The position numbers and the translations under genes were made by a program. From NCBI GenBank assembly GCA_965221695.1, contig OZ244905.1, positions 3,168,001-3,232,000 of the forward strand: DNA of 64,000 bases, written 5' to 3'. The notes under the pieces were generated by a model. That model worked only from the letters and a program-made list of their open reading frames with translations, had not been told where the DNA came from and made no database searches. This DNA is from Gammaproteobacteria bacterium. GTDB lineage: Bacteria; Pseudomonadota; Gammaproteobacteria; Eutrophobiales; Eutrophobiaceae. Shown piece by piece: positions 10,375 to 18,951 of the stretch. How positions within the stretch are numbered: the stretch's first letter is position 1; the number at the start of each line of letters is the position of its first letter.

Positions 10375-11241
10375 GTGAAAAAATATCTGCTGGTGTGCTT
10401 GTTGTTGATGCCTGGCGCTTCCGCAATGGCGGTCGATGTCGGAGAAATGACCGTGTTGAAGGTATGCGCCGACCCGTTCATGCTGCCTTTTTCCAATCGC
10501 AAGGAACAGGGTTTTGAGAACAAAATAGCCGAGTTGTTTGCCGAGAAGCTGGGAGTGGACCTGCAGTACGAATTTTTTCCCCAGAGGATTGGCTTCATCC
10601 GCAATACTCTCAGGGCAGAATCCGATTCAGGTTCCGGCTACAAGTGCGACCTGGTGATGAGCGCGCCGGTTAATTTCGAACGGGCTGCTGCGACAAATCC
10701 GTATTATACGTCTTCCTATGCGTTGGTATTGGCAAAGGGGCGGGGCATGGATGATATCACTTCGCCTGAAATGCTGGTCGAAAAGGTTCAAGGCGGTCTG
10801 AAAATAAGGCTCGGCGTCACCGATCGAGGCCAGGACCAGTTCTGGGCGGCCGCGAACAACTTGATGGGGAGTATTGTGCCGTATCAGGGACAACCCGGCG
10901 ACCCCGAAAAGTATCCGGGCAAGACCCTGACCGAAGATATACTTGCCGGGAAAATCGATGCCGCGATTATCTGGGGACCCATCGCAGGCTATTTTGCCCA
11001 AACCATGGAAAGTGGCGAGGATCTTATCCTTCTGCCGTTAACTGATGATCCCACAAATCCCTACCTGAAGTTTACATTTACCGTGGCCATGGCAGTCAGA
11101 CACGGGGAACAGGAATGGCGTGACAAGGTGAACCAACTCATAGCCGAAAACCAGACGGAGATCAACGCCATTATGGAAGATTACGGTGTGCCGTTGTTAC
11201 CGCTGGAGAAAATCGAGATACGGGAAGATGATGATGATTAG
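10375..11241 (+). CDS. xoxJ: XoxJ/MxaJ-family periplasmic binding-like protein
   Basis: LKVCADPFMLPFSN, GFENKIAEL, GFIRNTL, CDLVM, IDAAIIWGPIAGYFA, MAVRHGE, YGVPL. Confidence 0.9.
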   Translation: MKKYLLVCLLLMPGASAMAVDVGEMTVLKVCADPFMLPFSNRKEQGFENKIAELFAEKLGVDLQYEFFPQRIGFIRNTLRAESDSGSGYKCDLVMSAPVNFERAAATNPYYTSSYALVLAKGRGMDDITSPEMLVEKVQGGLKIRLGVTDRGQDQFWAAANNLMGSIVPYQGQPGDPEKYPGKTLTEDILAGKIDAAIIWGPIAGYFAQTMESGEDLILLPLTDDPTNPYLKFTFTVAMAVRHGEQEWRDKVNQLIAENQTEINAIMEDYGVPLLPLEKIEIREDDDD

Positions 11242-11272
11242 CTTCGGCCTCAGGGGACACAGGGCTTGTTTC

Positions 11273-12040
11273 ATGTATAAAGGCTGGCAACTTGCATTTT
11301 ATGCGCTATGCTCTCTGTGGCTGATAGCAGCCGTGCCGGTTGTTGCCGAGGATGACAGTGGGGACGTGGAAGTGAAGGGCGCCACTCTTGGCAGAATGGG
11401 TGACCCCGCTGCAGTAGATCCGAATACCTTTGAGTTTGCCGACGCGGAGGTCAAACTTTGGCTGGATAATCACCTCAGGAACATAGGCAGTCCGGGCCGG
11501 CTCTATTACGACTTCGTCAAGAGCGGGACTTACGAGAAGGGCTTCAGCGATTCCATCTACCTGGATATTCTCAAGCTCAATGAGGATGGCAGCAAGGATG
11601 CGAACCTGGAGTTCTTCACTGCAGAAAGACAGCAGCAACCGCGCCGCGACAACCTGGTCGGCATCACCGGCAACCCGGTGCTGGTCGTATACATGCAGGG
11701 CGACGTGTACGAGATGAACCGGCTGACCAACGGCAGTTGGCGTTATTTCCAGCGGCGTATCAAGTCAGCGTTTGCCGAAGAAGCGAAAGTCGAGCCGGTC
11801 ACCTTTGAATATGACGGTATGGAGATGACCGGCGAAAAAATTTCCATCACCCCGTATATCAACGACCCCAGGCGCAGGCAATTCGCCGAGTTTGCCACCA
11901 AGCTGTACGAGTTCATATTATCCGATCAAGTCCCCGGGAAACTGTACCAGATCAAAACTGTCATTCCGGCAGGCTCACCAGACAGCGAACCGCTGATTGA
12001 AGAGGTGCTGACCCTGCAAAGCGCAGAATTTGCTAACTGA
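11273..12040 (+). CDS. Exported hypothetical protein, probably PQQ-dehydrogenase associated
   Basis: N-terminal hydrophobic signal after ATG 11273; co-oriented after xoxJ; no recognisable catalytic motif. Confidence 0.7.
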   Translation: MYKGWQLAFYALCSLWLIAAVPVVAEDDSGDVEVKGATLGRMGDPAAVDPNTFEFADAEVKLWLDNHLRNIGSPGRLYYDFVKSGTYEKGFSDSIYLDILKLNEDGSKDANLEFFTAERQQQPRRDNLVGITGNPVLVVYMQGDVYEMNRLTNGSWRYFQRRIKSAFAEEAKVEPVTFEYDGMEMTGEKISITPYINDPRRRQFAEFATKLYEFILSDQVPGKLYQIKTVIPAGSPDSEPLIEEVLTLQSAEFAN

Positions 12041-12166
12041 CATTTCATTTACATGGATATACAGGATAGACAGGATGTAAAAAATTCTTCTTTATTCGGC
12101 ACAATAACTCTGCAAGAGTGCGTTGCCAAGGAAGTACTGACCAAGTCAGAGATTACCCTGTATGTA

Positions 12167-12202
12167 TTAGGAAGCACTGAGACTTAATCAGAGCTTCCTT
12201 AA
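12167..12202. repeat. Family A terminal palindrome
   Basis: ttaggaagcactgagacttaatcagagcttccttaa. Confidence 0.7.
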
Positions 12203-12205
12203 TTC

Positions 12206-13027
12206 TCACCTGGCCGTATTGAGCAATACCATGATTTCGCCCTTGCCGTCGTTAGCAAGGTCGCCGGTATAAAGGCGTACTTCCGGGCCGAAATTGCGAA
12301 AGAACCGGTAGCGGCTTCCCATCAGCGACAATTGCTTGAAAAACAGTCGCAGGTATTCCATCTTCAACGCGCCGCAGTCTGTCAGGGTGGCGCCGATCCG
12401 GCTTGGCCGCCTGCCCAGGATGATACTCCCGCGCTTCATCCCGTAGCCGGGCAGCTTGCCGGCTTTGCCCAGGATCAATATCGTGCCGGCAACCATACCG
12501 GAGCCGCTGAAATCGCCCGCATCACCGCCGATCATGATCATGCCGCGCCGCATCCTGTCGCCGATACGGTTTCCGGCATTGCCCCAGACCGTGATCAGAC
12601 CGTCCCGCATCCCGTAAGCGCCGGTGGATGTGCCGGCCCCGATGTAATCGCCGGCGTCACCCTCCACGTCAATCCGGCCCCACTCCATATCACAGCCCAG
12701 CCACTCGCCGCAACTGCCGTTGACTTTGATTGCGCCGCCGCGCATACCGTGGCCGAGATGGCTGCCGCCATGGGCCTTGACGTCGATCTGCCCGCGGGTC
12801 ATCTGCGCGCCTATCCGGGTTACCAGTTCCGTGGTGCGGCGTAACTCGATATGTTCGGGATTTTCCCCGCTGATGGAAAACAGGTCGCCGACCCGGGCGG
12901 GCCGAGCGCCATAGGTGAGTTCGATATCGGCAATATTGTCCGCCGCCGACAGCCGGTCCGGTGTCAGCGCCGACAAGTCCAGCAGCCGCTGAGGTTTTTT
13001 CTTCAGGGTGAAGATCAAGGGTTTCAC
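12206..13027 (-). CDS. fhcC: Formyltransferase/hydrolase complex subunit C
   Basis: GltB/FwdC beta-helix repeats (GxxMxxGxIxVxG), GDRMRRG; last gene of fhcBADC. Confidence 0.9.
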   Translation of the reverse strand: MKPLIFTLKKKPQRLLDLSALTPDRLSAADNIADIELTYGARPARVGDLFSISGENPEHIELRRTTELVTRIGAQMTRGQIDVKAHGGSHLGHGMRGGAIKVNGSCGEWLGCDMEWGRIDVEGDAGDYIGAGTSTGAYGMRDGLITVWGNAGNRIGDRMRRGMIMIGGDAGDFSGSGMVAGTILILGKAGKLPGYGMKRGSIILGRRPSRIGATLTDCGALKMEYLRLFFKQLSLMGSRYRFFRNFGPEVRLYTGDLANDGKGEIMVLLNTAR

Positions 13028-13920
13028 CGTAAAATGTCCCTCAGGTGAAAATGGTAAGGTCCCAATTTGCCGCCGTAATTGCCAGCGCCGACTCGATAGA
13101 TGCCCTTGTCGGGTCCGTTTTCGCAGACCGCTTCGATGCCTGCGCGCATGGCCTCGCTGATCGCGCCTTCGCTGAGGCCATCAATGACGATCTCCAGCAC
13201 GGAACCGATCTCTTCGGTGAGCTCACTGTTTACCCGGCCTTTCAGGGTTGGGCAGAACAACTCGTTGGTCGATGCCGGCAAAAACGAGTACTTGGATCCC
13301 ACCTTGGAGCCGGACCCGACGATGCCGCCGGGGAACGTGGTGACTGCGCCTTCCACTGCTCTGATGGCTTTTACCGCTTTTTCACAAGCATTCAGGCCGT
13401 GGCGGGAGGTTTTGGCCATTACCAGGAAGTTGCCGCCACCAATGGCGGGGACCACGCCGGTGGTCTCTTCACACAGGAATTCGCCATGCATCACCGGGAT
13501 GCGCCAGTAGCGGATGCCGCGCAGTATCTTTGAGATCTGGTAACCGTCGCCGAAATATCTCAGGCTTTTGCCCAGGGGCAACATGGTGTCGCTGTGGGTG
13601 CCGGCAAAACAGGCGCTGGTCGCGGTGGTCATTACCGACTGCCCGACGCGCCGGGTAAGCTGGTCCGCCAACTGGGATTTGGACATCGCAAACATGATGA
13701 TCGCCACACCGGGCCTGCCGTCAGGGGTTTCATCCGGCCTGAGCTCCCGTTCGATGTCCGCCTCGCAACCGCAGGCGATCACGGACGAGGCGAAACCGGT
13801 CAGCGAGTTGGCTGCGATATAGGCATACTTCATCGTCATGGCGGTAATGATCAGCCGCGTTGCCTTCATAGGGAAGGCCTCGGCAAAAGTATCATCAATG
13901 CTTACACCGTTAATATTCAT
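13024..13920 (-). CDS. fhcD: Formylmethanofuran--H4MPT formyltransferase (Fhc subunit D)
   Basis: IDDTFAEAF, GFASSVIACGCEA, TPDGRPG, FGDGYQISK, SGSKVGSKY, AGNYGGKLG. Confidence 0.93.
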   Translation of the reverse strand: MNINGVSIDDTFAEAFPMKATRLIITAMTMKYAYIAANSLTGFASSVIACGCEADIERELRPDETPDGRPGVAIIMFAMSKSQLADQLTRRVGQSVMTTATSACFAGTHSDTMLPLGKSLRYFGDGYQISKILRGIRYWRIPVMHGEFLCEETTGVVPAIGGGNFLVMAKTSRHGLNACEKAVKAIRAVEGAVTTFPGGIVGSGSKVGSKYSFLPASTNELFCPTLKGRVNSELTEEIGSVLEIVIDGLSEGAISEAMRAGIEAVCENGPDKGIYRVGAGNYGGKLGPYHFHLRDILR

Positions 13921-13953
13921 GTTAAGGTATTCTCTGTGACCTCTGTGGCTATG

Positions 13954-15603
13954 TTACTTGCAATCATGTACCAGCAGTGAATGTTGATTACAGGCTTCCA
14001 GCTCGTCTCGGCCGATCTTGAAATTCTCCAGGCTCATGGTCATGTACCTGTCAAAATACTGTTTAAGCGGTTTCTCAATGCCCGCGTCGTAGTCCGGTTC
14101 GACCACGTGAGTGGAGGTGGCCGGGATGGCGCAGACTTTACCGTCCCTGACGCAGAGTTCGCCGCGCTTGAATACGTATTCCGGTCTGCTGAACATGGTC
14201 TCGCGGTTGGCGTCGGGTTGGTACACGGTGATATCCGCGGTGGCGCCGATGCCCAGGTGGCCCAGGTCCCTGAGCCCCAGGCTTCTTGCCGGCGCGGCGC
14301 GGGTGATAATCGCGATCTCGTACAAGGAATATTCCCGGTCGATCGAGGACAGGATGCTGGCATCGGCTGCGTCCTTGTTTATCGTGCCCAGCATGTCGTC
14401 GCGAAAACCCTTGTCCATCAGCAGCCTGACCAGGTGCGGGTAAAAGGTAAACGGCGCGCCGTTAGGGTGGTCGGTGGTCATGAACACGCGCCAGGGATCA
14501 TCGACGAGCAGGAATATTTCGAGGCCGATGCACCACTGCAACGCGTTGACAAAATTCTTGTCCCGGTAACGGAACGGCACAACACCGCAGCCTGCCTCGC
14601 ATTCAATGTCCATGCACATCCATTTTTTCGGATGGGCATGAACATGCCCCTTATGCTGTATCATCGTGTCCGCCGACGCGGTGACCGTCTGGCCGAACAT
14701 GACCTGGCCGACATCTATCGACAAGTTTGCGTTCCTGTTCACTGCCTCCGCTACCTGCGCGGCCGCGGACGAGAATTTTCTGTCGCCCTCCTGCCCGTAG
14801 CTGTGGAATTGCACGTGGGTCAGGTGCACCGGTCTGCCCTCGGCCGCAGCAATGGTATCGAGTGTTGTCCGGAAATTGCCGGGCACGCCCAGGTTGCAGG
14901 CATGCACATGCAGGGGATGGGGTACGCCGGTAGCATCCAGCGCATCCAGCAATGCGGACAGAATCGCCCGCGGCGTCAGTCCGTAATGTTTGTTGGATTC
15001 ATCCAGGTCCAGTTTTCTCTGGTTGAACTTGAACGCGCTGATCCCACCCGGATTGACCACCTTGACTCCCATCGCCCGGGTTGCCTGTATGGTCCAGGCC
15101 ACGTAATCGTTAACAAGCTGCCGGTCCTTATTGCGTTCAAGCAGGCGCAACAGGAAGTCATCATTACCCAGCAGAACATAGGCGCCCGTGTCCAGCATGG
15201 GCGTATCGGCCATTTCCAGGTGCGAGTGACGGGCGTTCATCGGCATCATCGCCGGTTCGAAACAAGAGGTATAACCCATTTCGGCATAGCGGTAGCCGGT
15301 GACGAAACTGCTTGGGGCGATAGCGCCAGATCCCGAACGCAACAGCTTGTCCGATGCGGTGATATTATTGCTGTGGTCATCCGCCAGCAACATCCTGGCG
15401 ATGTTGACCTTGCCGCCGCCGATATGGGTGTGGATATCGATACCGCCCGGCATGACGATGCGTCCGTCCAGGTCCACCACGCGGTCGATCCTGCTTGCGC
15501 GCGCCGGATCGGCGAGCCTGCCGTCCTTGATATACAAGTCCATGATGCTGCCGTCTATCCCGTTTGTCGGGTCGTAGACCTTGCCGCCTTCGAGCTTGAT
15601 CAT
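13954..15603 (-). CDS. fhcA: Formyltransferase/hydrolase complex subunit A (amidohydrolase)
   Basis: Start MIKLEGGKVYDP at 15603 (ATGA overlap with fhcB stop); PGGIDIHTHI, KVVNPGG, HVHACNLG, TTDHPNG. Confidence 0.93.
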   Translation of the reverse strand: MIKLEGGKVYDPTNGIDGSIMDLYIKDGRLADPARASRIDRVVDLDGRIVMPGGIDIHTHIGGGKVNIARMLLADDHSNNITASDKLLRSGSGAIAPSSFVTGYRYAEMGYTSCFEPAMMPMNARHSHLEMADTPMLDTGAYVLLGNDDFLLRLLERNKDRQLVNDYVAWTIQATRAMGVKVVNPGGISAFKFNQRKLDLDESNKHYGLTPRAILSALLDALDATGVPHPLHVHACNLGVPGNFRTTLDTIAAAEGRPVHLTHVQFHSYGQEGDRKFSSAAAQVAEAVNRNANLSIDVGQVMFGQTVTASADTMIQHKGHVHAHPKKWMCMDIECEAGCGVVPFRYRDKNFVNALQWCIGLEIFLLVDDPWRVFMTTDHPNGAPFTFYPHLVRLLMDKGFRDDMLGTINKDAADASILSSIDREYSLYEIAIITRAAPARSLGLRDLGHLGIGATADITVYQPDANRETMFSRPEYVFKRGELCVRDGKVCAIPATSTHVVEPDYDAGIEKPLKQYFDRYMTMSLENFKIGRDELEACNQHSLLVHDCK

Positions 15604-16835
15604 CCGGGTTGGTCCGTGAGTTGTGAGATGATGCGGTTGATGATCCCGGCGGCGCTCTGCGAACCGGAATCTCTGAGCTTTTTCAGGGGCAGGCTGATGA
15701 CTCCGTCCGTCCGGAACAGCGTGCCGGCATGATCGATGCCCGGGATGCCTGTCGGAATGAAAACGTCGGCGCTGTTCGCGCCGGCACGAAACGGGGATAG
15801 AATCACGGTTGGGACGCCCAGGGATGGAGGCGCTTCCTCGGTAAACCCCGATATCCACAACAAGCTGTCTATGTCCGCCGTGTGTGCGCCGGCGCCGGAC
15901 GGACGTCCATCGTTGAAATTCAGCGCCGCCGGGAAGCCGGTCTGCCAGGTGGCGACGCTGTGCCAGGCTGCGCCGCCATTGCTGCCGCCCAAGGATAAAC
16001 CGGCAAATCGTTGTTTTGCGTTCAGGTCGCGCAACAAGTCCTGCGCCGAACCGATGACCAGGTCGGCCTGGTCCGCCGGGAGGGCTGCCGCGTTCCATAC
16101 CAGTACGCCGTATTGTGCGTCTCTGACCAGGTCGGCAACCTGTTCCAACTTACGCGCTTTTGGTGCGGATATAGGACTGCAATCCGGCAGTTGCCGGCCG
16201 GTCAGTCGGGCGCGCAGCAGCGCCAGGTTTTCGGCAACCTCATCGTTGCGGCCGGAAATGATGAGGCGCTCATGGCCGTCGCAGCCAGCCAGTTCAGTCC
16301 GCCCCGGCCGGCCCAGGTAGGCCAGTTTTCTGCCGGCCGCAGCAAACAGCGAATGGGGTGTGTTGATGAAGCGCTCGATGAACCGGGGATAAGCGCCGGT
16401 CACGTTATTACCGATAAAGATAATCGTGTCCGCCCGATTTTTTACTTCGGCGAGAGTGGTCGTGATCCCGCCCCGGGACTGCAGCGCTTTCAGGTTACGC
16501 CAGGCATGACCTTCAGTGGAATGGCGTAGCGCGGCATCTGTCTTTTCGGCCAGTTGCAATGCTGCGCGCAAGCCGTTAACGTCTGTGCCAAGACCCGCAA
16601 TCAGCGGTTTATGGGACTTATGCAGGAGTTTTGCCGCGGCGCTGATGGCCCGTTCCACGGTCGCCGGCGCGCCTTTTATGGCCGCTTCAGGCATCGGCAG
16701 CGGGGCGGAAAAGCCCTGCTTGGCAAGTCGGCACGCATTCGCGGAGACCCTGAGTTGCCGCCTCTTTGTGCGCAGCGTCAGGTCATCGCATAACAGGCTG
16801 CAAAACGGGCAGGTTACATTTACTGCTGCTTGCAT
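15600..16835 (-). CDS. fhcB: Formyltransferase/hydrolase complex subunit B (degenerate FwdB homologue)
   Basis: CPFCSLLCDD..C, TLAEVKNRAD, WQTGFP, GIDHAGTLFRTDG; lacks the SVCHGP metal-ligand and RGHxNV motifs. Confidence 0.9.
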   Translation of the reverse strand: MQAAVNVTCPFCSLLCDDLTLRTKRRQLRVSANACRLAKQGFSAPLPMPEAAIKGAPATVERAISAAAKLLHKSHKPLIAGLGTDVNGLRAALQLAEKTDAALRHSTEGHAWRNLKALQSRGGITTTLAEVKNRADTIIFIGNNVTGAYPRFIERFINTPHSLFAAAGRKLAYLGRPGRTELAGCDGHERLIISGRNDEVAENLALLRARLTGRQLPDCSPISAPKARKLEQVADLVRDAQYGVLVWNAAALPADQADLVIGSAQDLLRDLNAKQRFAGLSLGGSNGGAAWHSVATWQTGFPAALNFNDGRPSGAGAHTADIDSLLWISGFTEEAPPSLGVPTVILSPFRAGANSADVFIPTGIPGIDHAGTLFRTDGVISLPLKKLRDSGSQSAAGIINRIISQLTDQPG

Positions 16836-18199
16836 CAATCCAGCAAGGCCAACATTTCGCTGACACGGGTGTACTTCTCCCTGGGTTTGCCCGCGGATTC
16901 GCCTCGGGCAATCTCGGTATCATCGATTTTTTTCCAGTCTGTAAAGCTGATGTGGCGGATATTGCGCCGGTCGAGAAGTTCGTAGCAGGCTTCAGCGCCG
17001 CGCCGCTGTTTACCGTCGTCCAGCCGGTCCAGGTCTTGCAGCAGCATCCCTACTGTTTCCACGCTGTCTGCCTTGTTGGTGCCGATGATGCCGGTGGGGC
17101 CGCGCTTGATCCACCCGGCGGTGTACAATCCCGGTTCCACCGTTCCGTCCCTGGTGATCCTGCCTTGATCATTGGAGAAAACCCCGCGGGATTCGTCGAA
17201 CGGCACGCCGGGCATGGGCACGCCGTGGTAGCCGATACTGCGAAAGACAATGCCGGTATCCAAGGTAAATGTTTCTCCGCTACCTCTTGCCGATTGCCGA
17301 AACGCCTCTCCCGATAAGCTGTTTTTTTCTATCAGCAAGCGTTCCACCTTGCCATCGCCGAGTATTTCTCTGGGGCTCTTCAGGAAAGTGAAAATACAGC
17401 GCCTGTCCTTGGCTGTCTCCCGGTCGGCAAATCCGCAGAACAGGTCATAGATTTTTTTGTTGCCGGTATTTCCCAGTTCAGCTTCGCTTTCCGGGTTCAG
17501 CGCCAGTTCGCCCGCGTCTATCACCGGGTCACAGGTGTCCAGGACACCGAATTCCTTCAGCTCCTTGGACGTGAACTTGGCTTGCGCCGGCCCGCGGCGG
17601 CCAATGACGTAGATATTTTTTACCTTGCTCTCGGCCAGCGCTTCCAGTGCATGTGCAGCGATATCCGTATGCTTCAATTCATCAACGGTCTTGGCCAGGA
17701 TCCGGCTCACGTCGGCGGCCACGTTGCCCTGGCCGATTATGACGGCGGTTTCATGGGACAGGTCAAACTGCCTGTCGCGATAATCGGGATGGCCGTTATA
17801 CCAGCCGACAAATTCCGTTGCCGTGTAACTGCCCTGCAGGTCTTCACCGGGGATGCCCAGGCGTCGGTCGGTTTCAGCCCCGCAGGTAAGAATCACCGCG
17901 TGGTGGGCGGCGCGCAATTCGTCAATGCTGATGTCCTTGCCCGCAGTCACGTTTCCGAGATAGTTGAATTGTTCCGCCTCGGCAAGCCTGGCGTAGACCT
18001 TGATAGCCTGTTTCAGTTTCGGGTGATCGGGCGCAACGCCGCTTCTTACCAGGCCATATGGTACAGGCAAGCGTTCGAACATGTTGATGCGGACCTGGAT
18101 ATCGGCTTTGATCAGCGCGTCAACCGCGTAAAATCCACTGGGGCCGCTACCGACGATAGCGACTGTCAGCGGATTGTCTGGTGTTCCTAATCGAGTCAT
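16835..18199 (-). CDS. Ferredoxin--NADP+ reductase, adrenodoxin-reductase/FprA type
   Basis: AIVGSGPSGFYA, PYGLVRSGVAPDH, FVGWYNGHP, IGQGNVAADV, GRRGPAQAKFT, GWIKRGPTGIIGTN. Stop overlaps the fhcB start (TGATG). Confidence 0.92.
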   Translation of the reverse strand: MTRLGTPDNPLTVAIVGSGPSGFYAVDALIKADIQVRINMFERLPVPYGLVRSGVAPDHPKLKQAIKVYARLAEAEQFNYLGNVTAGKDISIDELRAAHHAVILTCGAETDRRLGIPGEDLQGSYTATEFVGWYNGHPDYRDRQFDLSHETAVIIGQGNVAADVSRILAKTVDELKHTDIAAHALEALAESKVKNIYVIGRRGPAQAKFTSKELKEFGVLDTCDPVIDAGELALNPESEAELGNTGNKKIYDLFCGFADRETAKDRRCIFTFLKSPREILGDGKVERLLIEKNSLSGEAFRQSARGSGETFTLDTGIVFRSIGYHGVPMPGVPFDESRGVFSNDQGRITRDGTVEPGLYTAGWIKRGPTGIIGTNKADSVETVGMLLQDLDRLDDGKQRRGAEACYELLDRRNIRHISFTDWKKIDDTEIARGESAGKPREKYTRVSEMLALLD

Positions 18200-18320
18200 G
18201 ATGCACCCAGTTGGTAAAAAAAGAGAAATATATCCCGAACGCCCGACGCCGCGCAGTCCGGGGCCGTTCGAAGATGAACCGAGGAGAACCTATTGCAATT
18301 CACAGGTTCCCTGATGTAAT

Positions 18321-18478
18321 TTAACGAAGCTCTGACAAGTCCATCCTGGACTTGTCAGAGCACGCAAAACAAAAATGCGATTTTTGTTTTGCCCTCAAAT
18401 TCAATGACTTATCGTCATCGAATTTGGCGATACATCCCTGTATCGCAGGAACCTCTGACTTAATCAGAGGTTCTTTAA
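18321..18478. mobile_element. Full-length family A miniature inverted-repeat element (five hairpins)
   Basis: TTAA at both ends; terminal (G)GAAGCTCTGA / TCAGAGGTTC; near-identical in reverse orientation to 58748-58906. Confidence 0.85.
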
Positions 18479-18496
18479 TTTCAGGCTGGTATTTAT

Positions 18497-18802
18497 TCAA
18501 AAGCCCAGGGCAGCTTTCCTTTCGTCCGCGCCGGGCAACGGGTCCATGGTATCGGTGATGACCGGCAATACCTTGGAACGTTCTGCATTGATTTCTATCC
18601 ACTCATGCTTGTCTTCCGGCAGGTCATCTTCTTCGTAGATGGCCTCGACCGGGCATTCCGGGAGGCATGCGCTGCAGTCGATGCAGACCTCCGGATCGAT
18701 GTACAGCATCTGATCATCGTAATGGAAGCATTCCACCGGGCAGACCGCGACGCAGTCGGTATAACGGCAGTCTTTACAGTTGTCGGTAACGATTGTTGTC
18801 AT
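18497..18802 (-). CDS. fdxA: 7Fe-type ([3Fe-4S][4Fe-4S]) ferredoxin
   Basis: CKDCRYTDCVAVCPVECF...IDPEVCIDCSACLPECPVEAIY, matching the Azotobacter FdI pattern; RBS AGGAGA. Confidence 0.92.
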   Translation of the reverse strand: MTTIVTDNCKDCRYTDCVAVCPVECFHYDDQMLYIDPEVCIDCSACLPECPVEAIYEEDDLPEDKHEWIEINAERSKVLPVITDTMDPLPGADERKAALGF

Positions 18803-18816
18803 GATTATCTCCTGTT

Positions 18817-18930
18817 TAGCCCGGATTTCTTACCAGACTGCTTAATATTGAAGGAAACCTGCTTTTCTGCTTATCGTCAATGAGGTAAATCTTATTAGCA
18901 TGTCGCCGCTACACACTGCGCACGATGCGC
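18817..18930. repeat. Left-end remnant of a family B element
   Basis: TA-GCCCGGATTTCTTACC followed by gtcaatgag...tacacactgcgc..gatgcgc, as in the left end of 27232-27620. Confidence 0.65.
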
Positions 18931-18951
18931 TGTTGCGCGATATTACCCGTT

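Noticed and set aside
13981-15732. 583-aa antisense ORF over fhcA (likewise 37530..38828 over nrdA and 46274..47215 over meaB)
   Set aside because: Fully opposite well-supported genes in GC-rich DNA; no recognisable domains.
15604-16098. 165-aa N-terminal extension of FhcA in the ORF track (13954..16098)
   Set aside because: It overlaps fhcB in another frame; family similarity starts at MIKLEGG (15603), which has an ATGA overlap with the fhcB stop.
18321-18478. Palindromic repeats as a CRISPR array or integron attC sites
   Set aside because: Copies are dispersed rather than regularly spaced with unique spacers; no cas or intI genes; they lack attC RYYYAAC/GTTRRRY ends.
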